Source: Escherichia coli (lineage in GTDB: Bacteria > Pseudomonadota > Gammaproteobacteria > Enterobacterales > Enterobacteriaceae). Taken from it: 64,000 bases of DNA. This document shows positions 20,242-31,213 of the stretch, one piece after another. Numbering within the stretch: the first letter of the stretch is position 1; the number at the start of each line of letters is the position of its first letter. Position numbers and translations under genes: made by a program. Location of the stretch: the NCBI RefSeq assembly GCF_002854065.1, contig NZ_CP024147.1, one strand, 5' to 3'. The notes below the pieces were generated by a model. That model searched no databases, was not told the origin of the DNA, and saw only the letters and a program-made list of their open reading frames with translations.

Positions 20242-22020
20242 TTATGTGTTTAACAACTCATATTTCTTAATCTTGCGATAGAGCGTAGCAATGCCGATGC
20301 CCAGTTCATCAGCAACTTGCTTCTTGCTGTTATGACGTGAAAGCGCCTCGCGGATCATTTGCTTTTCCATCTCCTCCAGCGCCGTGCCGCCCGCATCATC
20401 GAGTGACAGGTGTGCCTCAGTGACCTCTGTTACATCACTTTGCTCCGTTGTGCCATTATTCAGCAGATTTGGCGGCAATAGCGTGCTGTCGATAACTTCA
20501 CCTGAAGGAACAACGTTAACCAGATATTCCATCAAATTGCTTAACTCGCGCAGGTTTCCGGGCCAACGATGCTTACGCAATATTTCGACGACATCGGGAG
20601 CAATGCCAGGATAAACCGATCCCAGACGACGGGTATGCAGATGTAAAAAGTAATGCACCAGTAGTTCAATATCTTCCTGACGTTCACGCAGCGGTGGCAG
20701 AGTTATCGGGATAACATTAAGTCGGTAGAAGAGATCTTCGCGGAATTTACCTTCGGCAATGAACTGGGCCAAATTCTGGTTAGTTGCAGAAATGATGCGA
20801 ATGTCGACTTGTATTGGGCTACTGGCACCAATCGGCAGAATTTCACGTGCCTCAATAGCGCGCAGTAATTTAGCCTGCAACATTAATGGCATATCACCTA
20901 TTTCATCTAGAAACAGCGTGCCCGTATTCGCCGCCTGAATCAACCCTGTTTTACCGTTGGCAGAAGCGCCAGTAAATGCGCCTTTAACATAACCGAACAG
21001 TTCGCTCTCCAGAAGCTGCTCCGGAATCGCGGCACAGTTGATAGCAATAAAGGGTTTATTCCGTCTTCCGCTCAACTTATGGATTGCACGGGCGACGACT
21101 TCTTTACCCGTGCCGCTTTCACCAACCACCATAACGCTGGATGGGCTGGGTGCAATACGGCTAATGAGTCGTTTTAATTGCCGCATAACACGGCACTCGC
21201 CAACCAATTGTTCAATATGCGGTTCATCAGGTGCATTTGCTACAGAAAAACTGGTATGCGATTGGTGAAACGCCATTAAAAATAATTGTCGGCCCTGAAT
21301 GTTATGCAATTGGCCAATGATTAATTCACTTTTATCGTCCCACGAAACAATATGCTGCATATGTCCATGGGTAAAATTACTCTCAAATGTTAATGGTCTG
21401 AAACGGATAGGTTTCCCAATAATATTATTTTGTACAATACCAAGTGTTTTTAAGGCAGTCTGATTAACAAACTGAACCCGACTTTCATCATCAACAACTA
21501 ATACGCCCTGATCCATATTATCGATCATGGTCGCGAATATTTTACTGATGTTATCTCCTGGCCCCTGATCCTCCAGAAGTTTCGAAACAAAAATGGTGGA
21601 TATATGGCGAACATAATCAGAAAATTCGCGTAAATTATCACTGATATGCTCTTGTTGCTCGTGGGTAACGGCAATCAAACTTATCACCCCAACACAACGA
21701 TCCTGTAAAATGACAGGCGTACCCAGAAATGCTTTTTCGCGGCAATTTTCTTTACTATCGCAACCTTCGCAAAGGGGATCGAAGCGAGACTGTGTCACAA
21801 CTTTTTCAGTTTTCGTTTCCAGGACGTGGCGGAGCAGGCGTGAGTTGCCGCTCAACTGGCGACCAAGAAACTTCCCATACGCGCCAGTTCCGGCGACGCG
21901 ACACAAGTTTTCATCAACGATCTCAACCTCAAGCTGCAAAACGCTGGCAAGCATTCTGGCAAAACGCTGAATTGTCGGTTGAATTTGCATCAATACTGAC
22001 TGCGTAGTAGCAAGCTCCAT
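20242..22020 (-). CDS. ygeV: Sigma-54-dependent transcriptional activator (enhancer-binding protein)
   Basis: 592-aa ORF with central AAA+ domain (VVGESGTGKE Walker A; GAFTGA motif) and C-terminal HTH. Confidence 0.92.
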   Translation of the reverse strand: MELATTQSVLMQIQPTIQRFARMLASVLQLEVEIVDENLCRVAGTGAYGKFLGRQLSGNSRLLRHVLETKTEKVVTQSRFDPLCEGCDSKENCREKAFLGTPVILQDRCVGVISLIAVTHEQQEHISDNLREFSDYVRHISTIFVSKLLEDQGPGDNISKIFATMIDNMDQGVLVVDDESRVQFVNQTALKTLGIVQNNIIGKPIRFRPLTFESNFTHGHMQHIVSWDDKSELIIGQLHNIQGRQLFLMAFHQSHTSFSVANAPDEPHIEQLVGECRVMRQLKRLISRIAPSPSSVMVVGESGTGKEVVARAIHKLSGRRNKPFIAINCAAIPEQLLESELFGYVKGAFTGASANGKTGLIQAANTGTLFLDEIGDMPLMLQAKLLRAIEAREILPIGASSPIQVDIRIISATNQNLAQFIAEGKFREDLFYRLNVIPITLPPLRERQEDIELLVHYFLHLHTRRLGSVYPGIAPDVVEILRKHRWPGNLRELSNLMEYLVNVVPSGEVIDSTLLPPNLLNNGTTEQSDVTEVTEAHLSLDDAGGTALEEMEKQMIREALSRHNSKKQVADELGIGIATLYRKIKKYELLNT

Positions 22021-22389
22021 AGCTTTACCTTCCAGACTTACTTAAAAGTCGATCATTGAAGACGTTGATGGTTCACAGATCATGATGATATTAACTCAGG
22101 CGAAATTGGCTTTGATAAAAACATAAGATTTTTATCACTTTCTAATGAAATTATGGAAGAGATATCACATTTCTATATCAATATGAGAATTACGGCGGTG
22201 AGTTTATCAAACTGACGAGGGATAGCCTGCCCCTTTATCTTATTTCTGATACTTAGCAGCAAATAAATAACGCAATAAAAAAAGCCAAACGTTTTCGTAT
22301 TTTACAAACAACCGGAAGCTAGCATCAATTTGTGATCAACCCCACACATTATCCGTCAAATTAGTCTTTTGCAGCCCCGTGGATAATTC

Positions 22390-22405
22390 TGGCACACTTA
22401 TTGTT
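22390..22405 (+). promoter_or_regulatory. Candidate sigma-54 promoter upstream of ygeW (non-canonical -12)
   Basis: TGGCACACTTATTGTT: perfect -24 TGGCAC, but -12 is TTGT rather than TTGC; about 90 bp upstream of ygeW. Confidence 0.3.
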
Positions 22406-22495
22406 AGTCCCAGGTATAGCTGTGAAAACACCAATCACTTTGGCAAGTCACAGTGAAATAAACCACTTTGCCTGTCATTCCACTACCGGGACTTT

Positions 22496-23686
22496 ATGAT
22501 GAAAACTGTTAATGAGCTGATTAAGGATATCAATTCGCTGACCTCTCACCTTCACGAGAAAGATTTTTTGTTAACGTGGGAACAGACGCCAGATGAACTG
22601 AAACAAGTACTGGACGTTGCCGCAGCATTAAAAGCACTGCGTGCTGAAAACATCTCAACCAAAGTCTTTAATAGTGGATTAGGTATTTCCGTATTCCGCG
22701 ACAACTCCACTCGTACCCGCTTCTCTTATGCTTCCGCGCTTAACCTGCTCGGCCTTGCACAGCAAGATCTCGATGAAGGCAAATCACAAATCGCTCACGG
22801 CGAAACCGTGCGTGAAACCGCCAATATGATCTCCTTCTGCGCCGACGCTATTGGTATTCGCGACGATATGTATCTGGGCGCAGGCAACGCCTATATGCGT
22901 GAAGTTGGCGCTGCACTTGATGACGGTTACAAGCAGGGTGTACTGCCACAGCGTCCGGCTTTAGTGAACCTGCAATGCGATATTGACCACCCGACTCAGT
23001 CAATGGCTGACCTCGCGTGGTTACGTGAACACTTTGGTTCACTGGAAAACCTGAAAGGTAAAAAAATCGCCATGACCTGGGCCTACTCTCCAAGCTATGG
23101 CAAACCGCTCTCTGTACCACAAGGCATCATCGGTCTGATGACTCGCTTCGGTATGGATGTCACCCTGGCCCATCCGGAAGGCTACGACCTGATCCCGGAT
23201 GTGGTTGAAGTGGCGAAAAACAATGCTAAAGCCTCCGGTGGTAGCTTCCGTCAGGTCACCAGCATGGAAGAAGCCTTCAAAGACGCAGACATCGTTTATC
23301 CGAAGTCATGGGCACCTTACAAAGTGATGGAAGAGCGTACTGAATTGCTGCGTGCGAACGATCACGAAGGCTTAAAAGCACTGGAAAAACAGTGTCTGGC
23401 ACAGAACGCGCAACACAAAGACTGGCATTGTACTGAAGAGATGATGGAACTGACCCGTGATGGCGAAGCCCTGTACATGCACTGCCTGCCAGCTGATATC
23501 AGCGGCGTATCCTGCAAAGAAGGTGAAGTGACTGAAGGCGTATTCGAAAAATACCGTATCGCTACCTACAAAGAAGCCAGCTGGAAGCCTTATATCATCG
23601 CCGCGATGATCCTGTCCCGTAAATACGCCAAACCAGGTGCACTGCTCGAGCAACTGCTGAAAGAAGCGCAAGAACGCGTGAAATAA
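22496..23686 (+). CDS. ygeW: Carbamoyltransferase-family protein (OTCase/ATCase fold), substrate unknown from sequence
   Basis: 396-aa ORF with the carbamoyl-phosphate-binding STRTR motif. Confidence 0.9.
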   Translation: MMKTVNELIKDINSLTSHLHEKDFLLTWEQTPDELKQVLDVAAALKALRAENISTKVFNSGLGISVFRDNSTRTRFSYASALNLLGLAQQDLDEGKSQIAHGETVRETANMISFCADAIGIRDDMYLGAGNAYMREVGAALDDGYKQGVLPQRPALVNLQCDIDHPTQSMADLAWLREHFGSLENLKGKKIAMTWAYSPSYGKPLSVPQGIIGLMTRFGMDVTLAHPEGYDLIPDVVEVAKNNAKASGGSFRQVTSMEEAFKDADIVYPKSWAPYKVMEERTELLRANDHEGLKALEKQCLAQNAQHKDWHCTEEMMELTRDGEALYMHCLPADISGVSCKEGEVTEGVFEKYRIATYKEASWKPYIIAAMILSRKYAKPGALLEQLLKEAQERVK

Positions 23687-23743
23687 CCCCTCGGGCCGAT
23701 CAGCTGGTCGGCCCTCTATTTCCAGAGGCCAAAAGGATAGGAT

Positions 23744-24940
23744 ATGTCCGTTTTCTCATTGAAGATTGATATCGCCGATAACAAATTTTTCAACGGCGAA
23801 ACATCACCGCTCTTTTCGCAAAGCCAGGCCAAACTGGCGCGCCAGTTCCACCAGAAAATAGCTGGTTATCGCCCAACACCGCTTTGTGCGCTGGACGATC
23901 TCGCAAACCTTTTTGGTGTGAAGAAAATTCTTGTCAAAGACGAATCAAAACGATTCGGTCTGAACGCCTTCAAAATGCTCGGCGGTGCGTACGCCATCGC
24001 TCAATTATTGTGTGAAAAATATCATCTTGATATCGAAACGCTGTCATTTGAGCACCTGAAAAATGCCATCGGCGAAAAAATGACTTTCGCGACCACCACC
24101 GACGGCAACCACGGGCGCGGTGTGGCGTGGGCAGCGCAGCAACTCGGACAGAATGCGGTGATTTACATGCCGAAAGGTTCTGCTCAGGAACGCGTTGACG
24201 CCATTCTGAACCTCGGTGCCGAGTGCATCGTCACGGATATGAACTATGACGATACCGTTCGCCTGACCATGCAACACGCGCAGCAGCACGGCTGGGAAGT
24301 GGTACAGGACACGGCATGGGAAGGTTACACCAAAATCCCAACCTGGATCATGCAAGGCTACGCAACCCTGGCAGATGAAGCCGTCGAGCAAATGCGTGAA
24401 ATGGGCGTAACCCCGACGCACGTTCTGCTGCAAGCCGGTGTCGGAGCAATGGCCGGTGGTGTGCTGGGTTATCTGGTCGACGTCTATAGCCCGCAAAATC
24501 TGCACAGCATTATTGTTGAACCTGACAAAGCTGACTGTATTTATCGCTCCGGCGTCAAAGGCGACATCGTCAACGTTGGCGGTGATATGGCCACCATCAT
24601 GGCGGGCCTGGCCTGTGGCGAACCTAACCCGCTGGGCTGGGAAATCCTACGTAACTGCGCCACCCAATTCATCTCCTGCCAGGACAGCGTTGCCGCATTA
24701 GGTATGCGCGTGCTGGGTAATCCGTACGGCAACGACCCGCGCATCATCTCCGGTGAATCCGGCGCTGTCGGTTTGGGCGTTCTCGCGGCGGTTCATTATC
24801 ACCCGCAACGTCAAAGCCTGATGGAAAAACTGGCGCTGAACAAAGATGCCGTAGTGCTGGTTATCAGCACTGAAGGTGACACCGACGTGAAGCACTATCG
24901 CGAAGTTGTCTGGGAAGGCAAACACGCTGTAGCACCTTAA
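23744..24940 (+). CDS. ygeX: Diaminopropionate ammonia-lyase (PLP-dependent, fold type II)
   Basis: 398-aa ORF; AAGGA Shine-Dalgarno upstream. Confidence 0.9.
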   Translation: MSVFSLKIDIADNKFFNGETSPLFSQSQAKLARQFHQKIAGYRPTPLCALDDLANLFGVKKILVKDESKRFGLNAFKMLGGAYAIAQLLCEKYHLDIETLSFEHLKNAIGEKMTFATTTDGNHGRGVAWAAQQLGQNAVIYMPKGSAQERVDAILNLGAECIVTDMNYDDTVRLTMQHAQQHGWEVVQDTAWEGYTKIPTWIMQGYATLADEAVEQMREMGVTPTHVLLQAGVGAMAGGVLGYLVDVYSPQNLHSIIVEPDKADCIYRSGVKGDIVNVGGDMATIMAGLACGEPNPLGWEILRNCATQFISCQDSVAALGMRVLGNPYGNDPRIISGESGAVGLGVLAAVHYHPQRQSLMEKLALNKDAVVLVISTEGDTDVKHYREVVWEGKHAVAP

Positions 24941-24997
24941 TCACCCTATTGGAACTGCTCCCTGCAAAACGGGGAGTAAAAAATCTGGAGAAAAATA

Positions 24998-26209
24998 ATG
25001 GCTAAGAATATTCCATTCAAACTGATTCTTGAAAAAGCAAAAGATTACCAGACGGATATGACTCGCTTCCTGCGCGACATGGTTGCTATTCCCAGTGAAA
25101 GCTGCGACGAGAAACGCGTAGTACATCGTATTAAAGAAGAGATGGAAAAAGTCGGCTTCGATAAAGTTGAAATCGACCCGATGGGTAACGTTCTCGGTTA
25201 TATCGGCCACGGCCCGCGTCTGGTGGCAATGGACGCTCATATCGATACCGTCGGCATTGGCAACATCAAAAACTGGGACTTCGATCCGTACGAAGGCATG
25301 GAAACTGATGAGCTGATCGGTGGTCGCGGGACTTCCGACCAGGAAGGCGGCATGGCATCTATGGTTTATGCCGGTAAAATCATTAAAGACCTCGGTCTGG
25401 AAGATGAATATACCCTGCTGGTTACCGGTACTGTGCAGGAAGAAGACTGCGACGGTCTGTGCTGGCAGTACATTATTGAACAATCCGGCATTCGCCCGGA
25501 ATTTGTGGTCAGTACCGAACCAACCGACTGCCAGGTATACCGTGGTCAGCGCGGTCGTATGGAAATTCGTATTGATGTTCAGGGTGTTAGCTGCCACGGT
25601 TCTGCGCCAGAACGCGGTGACAACGCCATTTTCAAAATGGGTCCGATTCTTGGCGAATTACAAGAACTCTCCCAACGTCTGGGTTATGACGAATTCCTCG
25701 GCAAAGGCACCCTCACCGTTTCTGAAATCTTCTTCACATCCCCAAGCCGTTGCGCTGTAGCAGATAGCTGCGCCGTCTCTATTGACCGCCGTCTGACCTG
25801 GGGCGAAACCTGGGAAGGCGCGCTGGACGAAATCCGCGCCCTGCCTGCAGTACAGAAAGCTAACGCGGTTGTTTCTATGTACAACTACGACCGTCCGTCC
25901 TGGACTGGCCTGGTTTACCCAACCGAATGCTACTTCCCGACCTGGAAAGTGGAAGAAGATCACTTCACCGTTAAAGCACTGGTGAATGCCTACGAAGGGC
26001 TGTTTGGCAAAGCGCCGGTTGTTGATAAGTGGACCTTCTCAACTAACGGCGTATCTATCATGGGCCGTCACGGCATTCCGGTGATCGGCTTTGGCCCGGG
26101 TAAAGAACCTGAAGCGCATGCACCTAACGAAAAAACCTGGAAATCTCACCTGGTGACCTGTGCCGCGATGTACGCTGCAATCCCGTTAAGCTGGCTGGCA
26201 ACCGAATAA
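24998..26209 (+). CDS. ygeY: M20/ArgE/DapE-family metallopeptidase or amidohydrolase
   Basis: 403-aa ORF with M20-type metal-binding regions. Confidence 0.9.
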   Translation: MAKNIPFKLILEKAKDYQTDMTRFLRDMVAIPSESCDEKRVVHRIKEEMEKVGFDKVEIDPMGNVLGYIGHGPRLVAMDAHIDTVGIGNIKNWDFDPYEGMETDELIGGRGTSDQEGGMASMVYAGKIIKDLGLEDEYTLLVTGTVQEEDCDGLCWQYIIEQSGIRPEFVVSTEPTDCQVYRGQRGRMEIRIDVQGVSCHGSAPERGDNAIFKMGPILGELQELSQRLGYDEFLGKGTLTVSEIFFTSPSRCAVADSCAVSIDRRLTWGETWEGALDEIRALPAVQKANAVVSMYNYDRPSWTGLVYPTECYFPTWKVEEDHFTVKALVNAYEGLFGKAPVVDKWTFSTNGVSIMGRHGIPVIGFGPGKEPEAHAPNEKTWKSHLVTCAAMYAAIPLSWLATE

Positions 26210-26226
26210 TTACTCTTCACTTATTC

Positions 26227-26251
26227 CCCTCCGGTTCGCCGGAGGGTTTTT
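26227..26251 (+). terminator. Intrinsic terminator or attenuator between ygeY and hyuA
   Basis: Stem CCCTCCGG/CCGGAGGG with TTCG loop, then TTTTT; the hyuA GGAG Shine-Dalgarno (26252-26255) follows directly. Confidence 0.6.
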
Positions 26252-26261
26252 GGAGTTTGCT

Positions 26262-27647
26262 ATGCGCGTATTGATCAAAAACGGCACTGTCGTTAACGCA
26301 GATGGACAAGCCAAACAGGATTTGCTGATTGAAAGCGGGATTGTTCGCCAGTTGGGCAACAATATTTCGCCGCAGCTCCCGTATGAAGAAATTGATGCCA
26401 CTGGCTGTTACGTTTTCCCTGGCGGCGTGGATGTCCATACGCATTTCAATATTGATGTCGGCATCGCGCGCAGTTGTGATGATTTTTTTACCGGTACCCG
26501 CGCAGCTGCGTGTGGCGGTACAACAACCATTATTGACCATATGGGATTTGGCCCAAACGGCTGTCGGTTACGCCATCAACTGGAGGTTTATCGTGGTTAT
26601 GCCGCCCATAAAGCGGTCATCGATTACAGCTTTCACGGTGTGATCCAGCACATTAATCACGCAATCCTCGACGAAATCCCGATGATGGTCGAGGAAGGAC
26701 TGAGCAGTTTTAAACTCTATTTAACCTATCAATACAAACTCAACGATGACGAGGTTTTGCAGGCATTACGCCGTCTGCATGAATCCGGCGCGCTGACCAC
26801 CGTGCACCCGGAAAATGATGCGGCTATCGCCAGCAAGCGGGCGGAGTTTATCGCCGCAGGGTTAACCGCGCCGCGCTATCACGCCTTGAGTCGCCCTCTG
26901 GAATGCGAAGCGGAAGCCATCGCCCGCATGATTAACCTGGCACAAATTGCCGGTAACGCCCCGCTCTATATCGTGCACCTGTCTAACGGCTTAGGTCTGG
27001 ATTATCTGCGTCTTGCCCGTGCGAATCACCAGCCAGTCTGGGTTGAAACCTGCCCACAATATCTCCTGTTGGACGAACGCAGCTACGATACAGAAGATGG
27101 CATGAAGTTCATTCTTAGCCCACCGCTGCGTAACGTACGCGAGCAGGACAAACTGTGGTGTGGCATCAGCGATGGTGCGATTGACGTGGTGGCGACCGAT
27201 CACTGCACGTTCTCAATGGCTCAACGCCTGCAAATTTCTAAAGGCGATTTCAGTCGCTGCCCAAATGGCTTACCCGGTGTGGAAAACCGCATGCAGTTAC
27301 TGTTTTCCAGTGGCGTGATGACGGGACGTATAACACCGGAACGTTTTGTTGAATTAACCAGCGCGATGCCCGCCAGGCTGTTTGGCCTGTGGCCGCAAAA
27401 AGGATTATTAGCGCCCGGTTCCGATGGCGACGTGGTGATTATCGACCCACGTCAGAGCCAACAAATTCAGCATCGCCATCTCCACGACAACGCCGACTAC
27501 TCGCCATGGGAGGGTTTTACCTGTCAGGGCGCGATTGTCAGAACCTTATCCCGTGGTGAAACGATTTTCTGTGACGGCACCTTTACAGGCAAAGCCGGGC
27601 GAGGTCGTTTCCTGCGACGCAAACCGTTTGTCCCTCCCGTGCTCTAA
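26262..27647 (+). CDS. hyuA: D-hydantoinase/dihydropyrimidinase-family amidohydrolase
   Basis: 461-aa ORF from MRVLIKNGTVVNADGQ with the metal-binding HxH motif (GGVDVHTHF); the track ORF starts 4 codons earlier at a TTG inside the terminator. Confidence 0.9.
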   Translation: MRVLIKNGTVVNADGQAKQDLLIESGIVRQLGNNISPQLPYEEIDATGCYVFPGGVDVHTHFNIDVGIARSCDDFFTGTRAAACGGTTTIIDHMGFGPNGCRLRHQLEVYRGYAAHKAVIDYSFHGVIQHINHAILDEIPMMVEEGLSSFKLYLTYQYKLNDDEVLQALRRLHESGALTTVHPENDAAIASKRAEFIAAGLTAPRYHALSRPLECEAEAIARMINLAQIAGNAPLYIVHLSNGLGLDYLRLARANHQPVWVETCPQYLLLDERSYDTEDGMKFILSPPLRNVREQDKLWCGISDGAIDVVATDHCTFSMAQRLQISKGDFSRCPNGLPGVENRMQLLFSSGVMTGRITPERFVELTSAMPARLFGLWPQKGLLAPGSDGDVVIIDPRQSQQIQHRHLHDNADYSPWEGFTCQGAIVRTLSRGETIFCDGTFTGKAGRGRFLRRKPFVPPVL

Positions 27648-27694
27648 CCACTGCCAGGGATCTATACACAATCAAGAATGATGAGTGAGGAAAA

Positions 27695-28627
27695 ATGAGT
27701 AAGAAAATTGTTCTCGCCCTGGGCGGGAATGCGCTGGGCGATGACCTGGCCGGACAAATGAAAGCGGTAAAAATTACTTCTCAGGCAATTGTTGATTTAA
27801 TTGCCCAGGGACATGAAGTTATCGTCACTCATGGTAACGGGCCGCAGGTGGGCATGATTAACCAGGCCTTTGAAGCTGCCGCAAAAACTGAAGCACACTC
27901 GCCAATGCTGCCGATGTCTGTCTGTGTTGCCTTAAGTCAGGGTTATATTGGTTACGATCTACAAAACGCTTTAAGAGAAGAACTGCTTTCTCGTGGCATT
28001 AATAAACCGGTAGCAACGCTGGTTACCCAGGTCGAAGTCGACGCTAACGATCCGGCATTCCTCAACCCGACCAAGCCGATCGGTTCGTTCTTTACCGAGC
28101 AAGAAGCAGAGCAACTGACAAAACAGGGTTACACTCTGAAAGAAGATGCTGGTCGCGGCTATCGCCGTGTTGTTGCCTCGCCAAAACCGGTTGATATCAT
28201 TGAAAAAGAAACGGTTAAAGCGTTGGTAGAAGCAGGCCAGGTAGTGATTACCGTTGGCGGTGGTGGTATCCCTGTTATTCGTGAAGGTAACCATCTGCGT
28301 GGTGCCAGCGCGGTTATCGATAAAGACTGGGCCAGCGCCCGTTTAGCAGAAATGATTGATGCCGATATGCTGATCATTCTGACTGCGGTAGAAAAAGTGG
28401 CCATTAACTTCGGTAAAGAGAATGAACAGTGGCTCGATCGCCTGTCATTAAGTGATGCTGAACGCTTTATCGAAGAAGGTCATTTTGCGAAAGGTTCTAT
28501 GCTGCCTAAAGTGGAAGCTGCCGCCTCGTTTGCTCGCTCTCGCGCAGGTCGTGAAGCACTGATTACCGTATTGAGCAAAGCGAAAGAAGGGATTGAAGGC
28601 AAAACCGGAACGGTGATTTGTCAGTAA
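27695..28627 (+). CDS. yqeA: Carbamate kinase-like protein
   Basis: 310-aa ORF starting MSKKIVLALGGNALG (amino-acid-kinase-family N-terminus). Confidence 0.9.
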   Translation: MSKKIVLALGGNALGDDLAGQMKAVKITSQAIVDLIAQGHEVIVTHGNGPQVGMINQAFEAAAKTEAHSPMLPMSVCVALSQGYIGYDLQNALREELLSRGINKPVATLVTQVEVDANDPAFLNPTKPIGSFFTEQEAEQLTKQGYTLKEDAGRGYRRVVASPKPVDIIEKETVKALVEAGQVVITVGGGGIPVIREGNHLRGASAVIDKDWASARLAEMIDADMLIILTAVEKVAINFGKENEQWLDRLSLSDAERFIEEGHFAKGSMLPKVEAAASFARSRAGREALITVLSKAKEGIEGKTGTVICQ

Positions 28628-28633
28628 TTTTAA

Positions 28634-28664
28634 GGCCGGGTGGGTAATACCATCCGGCCATTTT
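28634..28664 (+). terminator. Intrinsic terminator downstream of yqeA
   Basis: 10-bp stem GGCCGGGTGG/CCATCCGGCC (one G-U pair), then ATTTTCATTT. Confidence 0.6.
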
Positions 28665-28667
28665 CAT

Positions 28668-30293
28668 TTAAGCCACTTCCAGCACTTCTTTTGTCGCTTT
28701 CACGCCCTGATGCATCAACATCATTAACGCCTCAAGTACGCCGCCGCCAATCGCCCGGGCTTTATCAGAAACGCTGGTGAAATCAGCGGTTTCACCACGA
28801 GGATCGATATCACCAATTTTAAAACCACCAACCACTGCCAGGCCGTCGTTCAACAAGCCACGCACCATCCCCGTCAACGGTGCTTTAATTTCATGCTCAC
28901 CAATCCAGGCAATCACATCGCCCTCTTTCGCCAGAACGCCTAATTTCACGTTGGATCGCATAATGCCTGCAGCAGGAGCACGGATCACCCGTCGGGTGGT
29001 ATGCCCCATAATATTGCCAGGAACACCGGTATTCTCCTGCGCACAACCAGAGTAAATCACCTGACCGAGCCAGTGCCCGCGATTTGTTTCAATTACCGCA
29101 TGACAATCCTTCCCAGCAGTAAAGCCCGGCCCAAGCGCGATTGTTACTGGTGCCATATCTGCCCGCGTTCCCAAATTCTGTTTCGCCAGAATAGCGTCCA
29201 CCACGCAAAGCGGTTTCAGTTCATCAAGCAATGAACAGGCGGGATCTACCATCACAGGGATGAATCCGCGTTCGGTAAGTTTCATCGCTTCCGCAGAGCT
29301 GGTTGTCAGGCGAGCAGTGACGCCTTCGACCGTCATTTCGCCATCGAACACGGCCTGGGCAAACGCCACGGTACAACGAATCACTGTCGGTTTTTCCACT
29401 TCCAGCATGATCACTTTAAAACCCGCATGATACAGACGTAGCGCCACACCACTGGCGATATCCCCCGCACCGCGAATCACCACCAGCTGGTGTCCGGAAG
29501 GATGAGAAGGTTTCATCATCAGCCCACCCGGCGCGTTATTTTTCACCTGTAATATTTCTGCCAGCACGCTGATGGCGATCTCCTGCGGCGTTTCCGCACC
29601 TATGTTGTAACCAACGGGCGCATGTAAACGGGCAATATGTTCTTCAGCCACGCCTTTCTCACGCAATTGACGCAGGAAAAGCTGAACCTTGCGACGACTT
29701 GCCAGCAACCCCAACCATGCAATGGGCTGTTCAATGAGTTTGTCGAGGGCTTCACGATCCTGATTATTCGTGGCAATCAGGACAAAATTATCAGGGCGAA
29801 TATCCAGTGCTTCCACTGCCGCACCAAACGACTCAGCATGGAGAAGCGTGGTTGATGGTGGGAATAGTTCAGGATTGAGGCTTTCGCGATAAATATCAGC
29901 AACGGCAATATCAAATCCTAATAGCGCCGCACTCTGGGCTATCGCCCGGTTGACATGCCCCGCGCCAATCAACACCAGACGTGGACGCATACCATGGACG
30001 CTGATAAATACTGACATTGCACCTCCACAATCTGACCCGACAGCATCCGCACCGTTACGAGCCATACGTCCATGGAATAATCGCGGCTTACGTTCCTGCA
30101 ATGCCTGAAGCGACTCTTCAATCACCTTCCGCTCAACCATTCCGCCACCAATTGTACCGACGATAGAACCATCGGCGCGCACTAACATTTGTGCAGAATG
30201 GCGGGGAGTCGAGCCTCGGCTATCAACAATTTGCGCCATCGCAAACGGACAATTTTGCTCTTCGAGTTTTGCAGCCTCTGTGAAAATATTCAT
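28668..30293 (-). CDS. yqeB: XdhC/CoxI-family accessory protein (putative selenium-dependent molybdenum hydroxylase maturation factor)
   Basis: 541-aa ORF with Rossmann-like NAD-binding segments; family and function assignment from established comparative genomics, not shown by sequence alone. Confidence 0.85.
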   Translation of the reverse strand: MNIFTEAAKLEEQNCPFAMAQIVDSRGSTPRHSAQMLVRADGSIVGTIGGGMVERKVIEESLQALQERKPRLFHGRMARNGADAVGSDCGGAMSVFISVHGMRPRLVLIGAGHVNRAIAQSAALLGFDIAVADIYRESLNPELFPPSTTLLHAESFGAAVEALDIRPDNFVLIATNNQDREALDKLIEQPIAWLGLLASRRKVQLFLRQLREKGVAEEHIARLHAPVGYNIGAETPQEIAISVLAEILQVKNNAPGGLMMKPSHPSGHQLVVIRGAGDIASGVALRLYHAGFKVIMLEVEKPTVIRCTVAFAQAVFDGEMTVEGVTARLTTSSAEAMKLTERGFIPVMVDPACSLLDELKPLCVVDAILAKQNLGTRADMAPVTIALGPGFTAGKDCHAVIETNRGHWLGQVIYSGCAQENTGVPGNIMGHTTRRVIRAPAAGIMRSNVKLGVLAKEGDVIAWIGEHEIKAPLTGMVRGLLNDGLAVVGGFKIGDIDPRGETADFTSVSDKARAIGGGVLEALMMLMHQGVKATKEVLEVA

Positions 30294-30340
30294 ACCAACC
30301 TCAATGGATATCCTTTCAGTAACCCGGAATACCCGGGCCG

Positions 30341-31111
30341 CTAATTCACAAATCTGCGCGCGATTGCAGGATGTTCTTGTATATCGCCCAGCCAGATTGC
30401 CTCTACGTCATGTTGTTGCAGCGGTTGAAGGAGCTCGCTTTGTGCAATCGCATTCTCACATTGAGAAAAACGGTTAATGAACCAGACTCGCCGACAACCT
30501 TGCGGTACGTTTTTAAACGCCCCCTGAGGGTGGCGAACCAGCGCAACGAGATCGCTCAGTTGCAAGGTTGCATCAGGTGTTAACCCGGTAATATCAGCAA
30601 ACTGCGACCAGCGATGGACATTTTCTGTGCTCACTTTCGCGCCCAAAGTATGTCCTCCCATCACAGCAATCACGCAGCAACTGCTTTTGGGTATGCAAGG
30701 TTCGTGCTCATCAGGCGCTTTTAACGGCATTCCACGCGAGCCATCTGCTTCAATGAGAATTACGTCACACTCTGGTCGTTGCACCAGTGCATCAATCGCT
30801 TCTGGCGTAAATCCCTGCACTTTTCCCTGGTTCGCTTTCCAGCTGTGAAAACAAAATGAAATGGGGGATGTAAGAGACGCATGAGGAAGCATGGCGGGAT
30901 CACGACAGAAAACCACGGGCCAGTGTGACTTTGGCATAAACATATGTGTCGTCGTAGTGATTAACACACGCCTGCCGCGAGTCTGGAGCAGTTCTGCCAG
31001 CCAAAAAAGCAAGCTGGTTTTCCCCCCAGCACCAACAACAGAAATCACAGTGGGACGTTTCTGCGCACCTAAATCAATGAATAATGCCGATGGGTCAACT
31101 ATACTTTTCAC
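30341..31111 (-). CDS. yqeC: Putative selenium-dependent hydroxylase accessory protein YqeC (P-loop protein)
   Basis: 256-aa ORF with N-terminal Walker A (VVGAGGKTSL). Confidence 0.85.
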   Translation of the reverse strand: MKSIVDPSALFIDLGAQKRPTVISVVGAGGKTSLLFWLAELLQTRGRRVLITTTTHMFMPKSHWPVVFCRDPAMLPHASLTSPISFCFHSWKANQGKVQGFTPEAIDALVQRPECDVILIEADGSRGMPLKAPDEHEPCIPKSSCCVIAVMGGHTLGAKVSTENVHRWSQFADITGLTPDATLQLSDLVALVRHPQGAFKNVPQGCRRVWFINRFSQCENAIAQSELLQPLQQHDVEAIWLGDIQEHPAIARRFVN

Positions 31112-31213
31112 GAGTCTTTATGACCTCTCTGGGATAAATTACCCCCAACTTAATCCATCAGGAAGTAACGCAATTATCAGGCGTTATTAGCCCCTATAAA
31201 TAATGGAACCACT

